DNA of 64,000 nucleotides, taken from NCBI GenBank assembly GCA_964442185.1, contig CAYTWT010000293.1:17902-81901 (forward strand), in the 5' to 3' direction. Shown piece by piece: positions 62,926 through 64,000 of this stretch; the first letter of the stretch is position 1; the number at the start of each line of letters is the position of its first letter. This DNA is from an uncultured Acidobacteriota bacterium. GTDB taxonomy: Bacteria > Acidobacteriota > Vicinamibacteria > Fen-336. The position numbers and the translations under genes were made by a program. The notes beneath the pieces are model-generated. The model did no database searches, had not been told where the DNA came from, and saw only the letters and a list, made by a program, of their open reading frames with translations.

Positions 62926-64000
62926 ATGAGCCCCCGCGAGAAGGCCCGGCCCCAGCCGCTTCGCGAGGCACAGGACCGGACGATCCGCGCGCTCATGTCG
63001 CTGGTCGACGACCTGACGGTCGAGGTCGACGAAGAAGGCTTGCTCACCTCGACGCTCGAGCACGTGGTGCGGACGCTCGCTGTGACCGGGGGGCTCACGC
63101 TGCTGGCGGACTCGGAGCGCGTGCTCCGGGCGGCGGCCCAGTTCCGCGCGCCCAGCCACGACATGGCAGCGACCATGGAGCTGGCGCGGGCTTCGCTCGA
63201 TCGGGAGCGTCCGCTCGTGAAGGAAAGCGACGGCGGGGGCTGGCTCGCCGCCGCTCCGCTCATAACCAAGCAGCGCCAGCTCGGCGTGCTCACGATTCAC
63301 GACGCAACCGAAGACAGCATGGCCCCGGACCTGGAGCTGCTCGAGGCCCTGGGCAAGCAGATCGGCACGGGCCTCGACAATGCCCGGCTCTACGCCGAGC
63401 TGCGCGCGAGCACGACAAGGCTCGAGTTCCTGAACCGCATCTCCTCGGCGCTGACGGCGGGCATGGACCTGAAGACGGTCGTGCCGGCCTTCGCGAAAGA
63501 GATCGCGGCGCTGCAGGAATTCGACCGGCTGGCCTGCGGCTTCGTCAACGAGTCGGGGGACTACATCGAGATCACGGGCTATCCCGACGAGGCGACCTGG
63601 GGTCTGGGCAGCGTGCTGCCCGTGGTCGGCAGCGGGCCCGGCTCGGTCGTCCTCAACAACCGGGCGATCCTGCAGCACGACCTGCTCCACGAGCATCGCT
63701 TCATCGAAGACATGCGCCTGCTCGAGGAGGGGATCCGCTCCTACGTGATCCTGCCGCTCAACGCGCGTGGCCGCAGCATCGGCGTGCTGGCGCTCGGCTC
63801 CACGCGCGCGGAGGCGTACGGCGACGCGACGCTCGCGCACGTTCAGCCGCTCGCCGACTCGGTCGCGCTCGCCTTCGAGAACGTGCGGCTGTTCCAGAAG
63901 ACACGCGAGCTCTCGATCACCGACGAGGTGACGCCGCTCTACAACTTCCGTTTCTTCCACCAGATCCTCGATCGCGAGCTGAAGCTCGTGGACCGCTACA
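62926..64000 (+). CDS. GAF-GAF-GGDEF protein, 5' part (continues past window end)
   Basis: Open frame from ATG MSPREKARPQP to window end (not in ORF track because no stop); two GAF-like units then GGDEF-domain start TPLYNFRFFHQILDRELK. Confidence 0.65.
   Translation, partial: MSPREKARPQPLREAQDRTIRALMSLVDDLTVEVDEEGLLTSTLEHVVRTLAVTGGLTLLADSERVLRAAAQFRAPSHDMAATMELARASLDRERPLVKESDGGGWLAAAPLITKQRQLGVLTIHDATEDSMAPDLELLEALGKQIGTGLDNARLYAELRASTTRLEFLNRISSALTAGMDLKTVVPAFAKEIAALQEFDRLACGFVNESGDYIEITGYPDEATWGLGSVLPVVGSGPGSVVLNNRAILQHDLLHEHRFIEDMRLLEEGIRSYVILPLNARGRSIGVLALGSTRAEAYGDATLAHVQPLADSVALAFENVRLFQKTRELSITDEVTPLYNFRFFHQILDRELKLVDRY

Overview
Organism and gene density
- The window is about 68-70% GC and densely coding. 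It looks like part of a chromosome of a Gram-negative bacterium.
- Gene content suggests Acidobacteriota or a related phylum (inference only): DUF1579 and DUF2911 secreted proteins, an outer-membrane beta-barrel with a CarbopepD_reg N-domain, NtrC-type sigma-54 regulators, and Rho with an N-terminal low-complexity extension.

Gene content, 5' to 3'
- A 12-gene, translationally coupled aromatic amino-acid supraoperon: trpE (3' part)-trpG-trpD-trpC-trpF-trpB-trpA, chorismate mutase, DAHP synthase, an ABC ATPase and permease, and tyrA.
- A DUF1579 protein, a fused ScoA/ScoB CoA-transferase and rho.
- A divergent pair: a secreted beta-sandwich protein and a Fic-domain protein whose motif is degenerate.
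- A YheT-type hydrolase and a Zn-dependent alcohol dehydrogenase.
- ftsE and ftsX, separated by a GGDEF diguanylate cyclase and an oppositely oriented udk.
- A lower-GC island carrying a class-II cyclic-nucleotide phosphodiesterase and a promoter/SD/terminator-delimited candidate small RNA.
- An OPT oligopeptide transporter, purE-purD, rsmI, rpsU, a zinc-ribbon protein and pta.
- An orphan STAS protein followed by a seven-gene glycan operon: a DPPR-synthase-like UbiA prenyltransferase, a conserved hypothetical protein and five GT4 glycosyltransferases arranged A-B-B'-B''-A'.
- Convergent on that operon, a PDZ/multi-TM/GAF/PAS histidine kinase, a sigma-54 response regulator and a DUF4388 protein.
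- A CarbopepD_reg outer-membrane protein, then a KynB-like cyclase, eda, glgC and eno.
- A large polytopic membrane protein, a small lower-GC gene divergent from a methylmalonyl-CoA-mutase catalytic-domain protein, a DUF2911 protein and gatB.
- A metallophosphoesterase, a DinB-family protein and ltaE.
- Two secreted hydrolases: a CocE/NonD peptidase, and a PSMA-like M28 peptidase fused to a C-terminal metallo-beta-lactamase domain.
- glpD, and the 5' part of a GAF-GAF-GGDEF protein that runs off the window.

Not found
- No rRNA, tRNA, CRISPR array or mobile element is supported by the sequence.

Spurious ORFs in the track
- Many long ORFs in the six-frame track are high-GC artefacts. They lie antisense to, or frame-shifted from, genes with clear homology.

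Most interesting
- The UbiA-like prenyltransferase plus 5xGT4 glycan operon, with its adjacent kinase/sigma-54/DUF4388 module.
- The ftsE/ftsX split by a GGDEF gene, with a perfect TATAAT-centred palindrome in front of ftsX.
- The lower-GC island with the cNMP phosphodiesterase and candidate sRNA.
- The PSMA-peptidase/MBL fusion.
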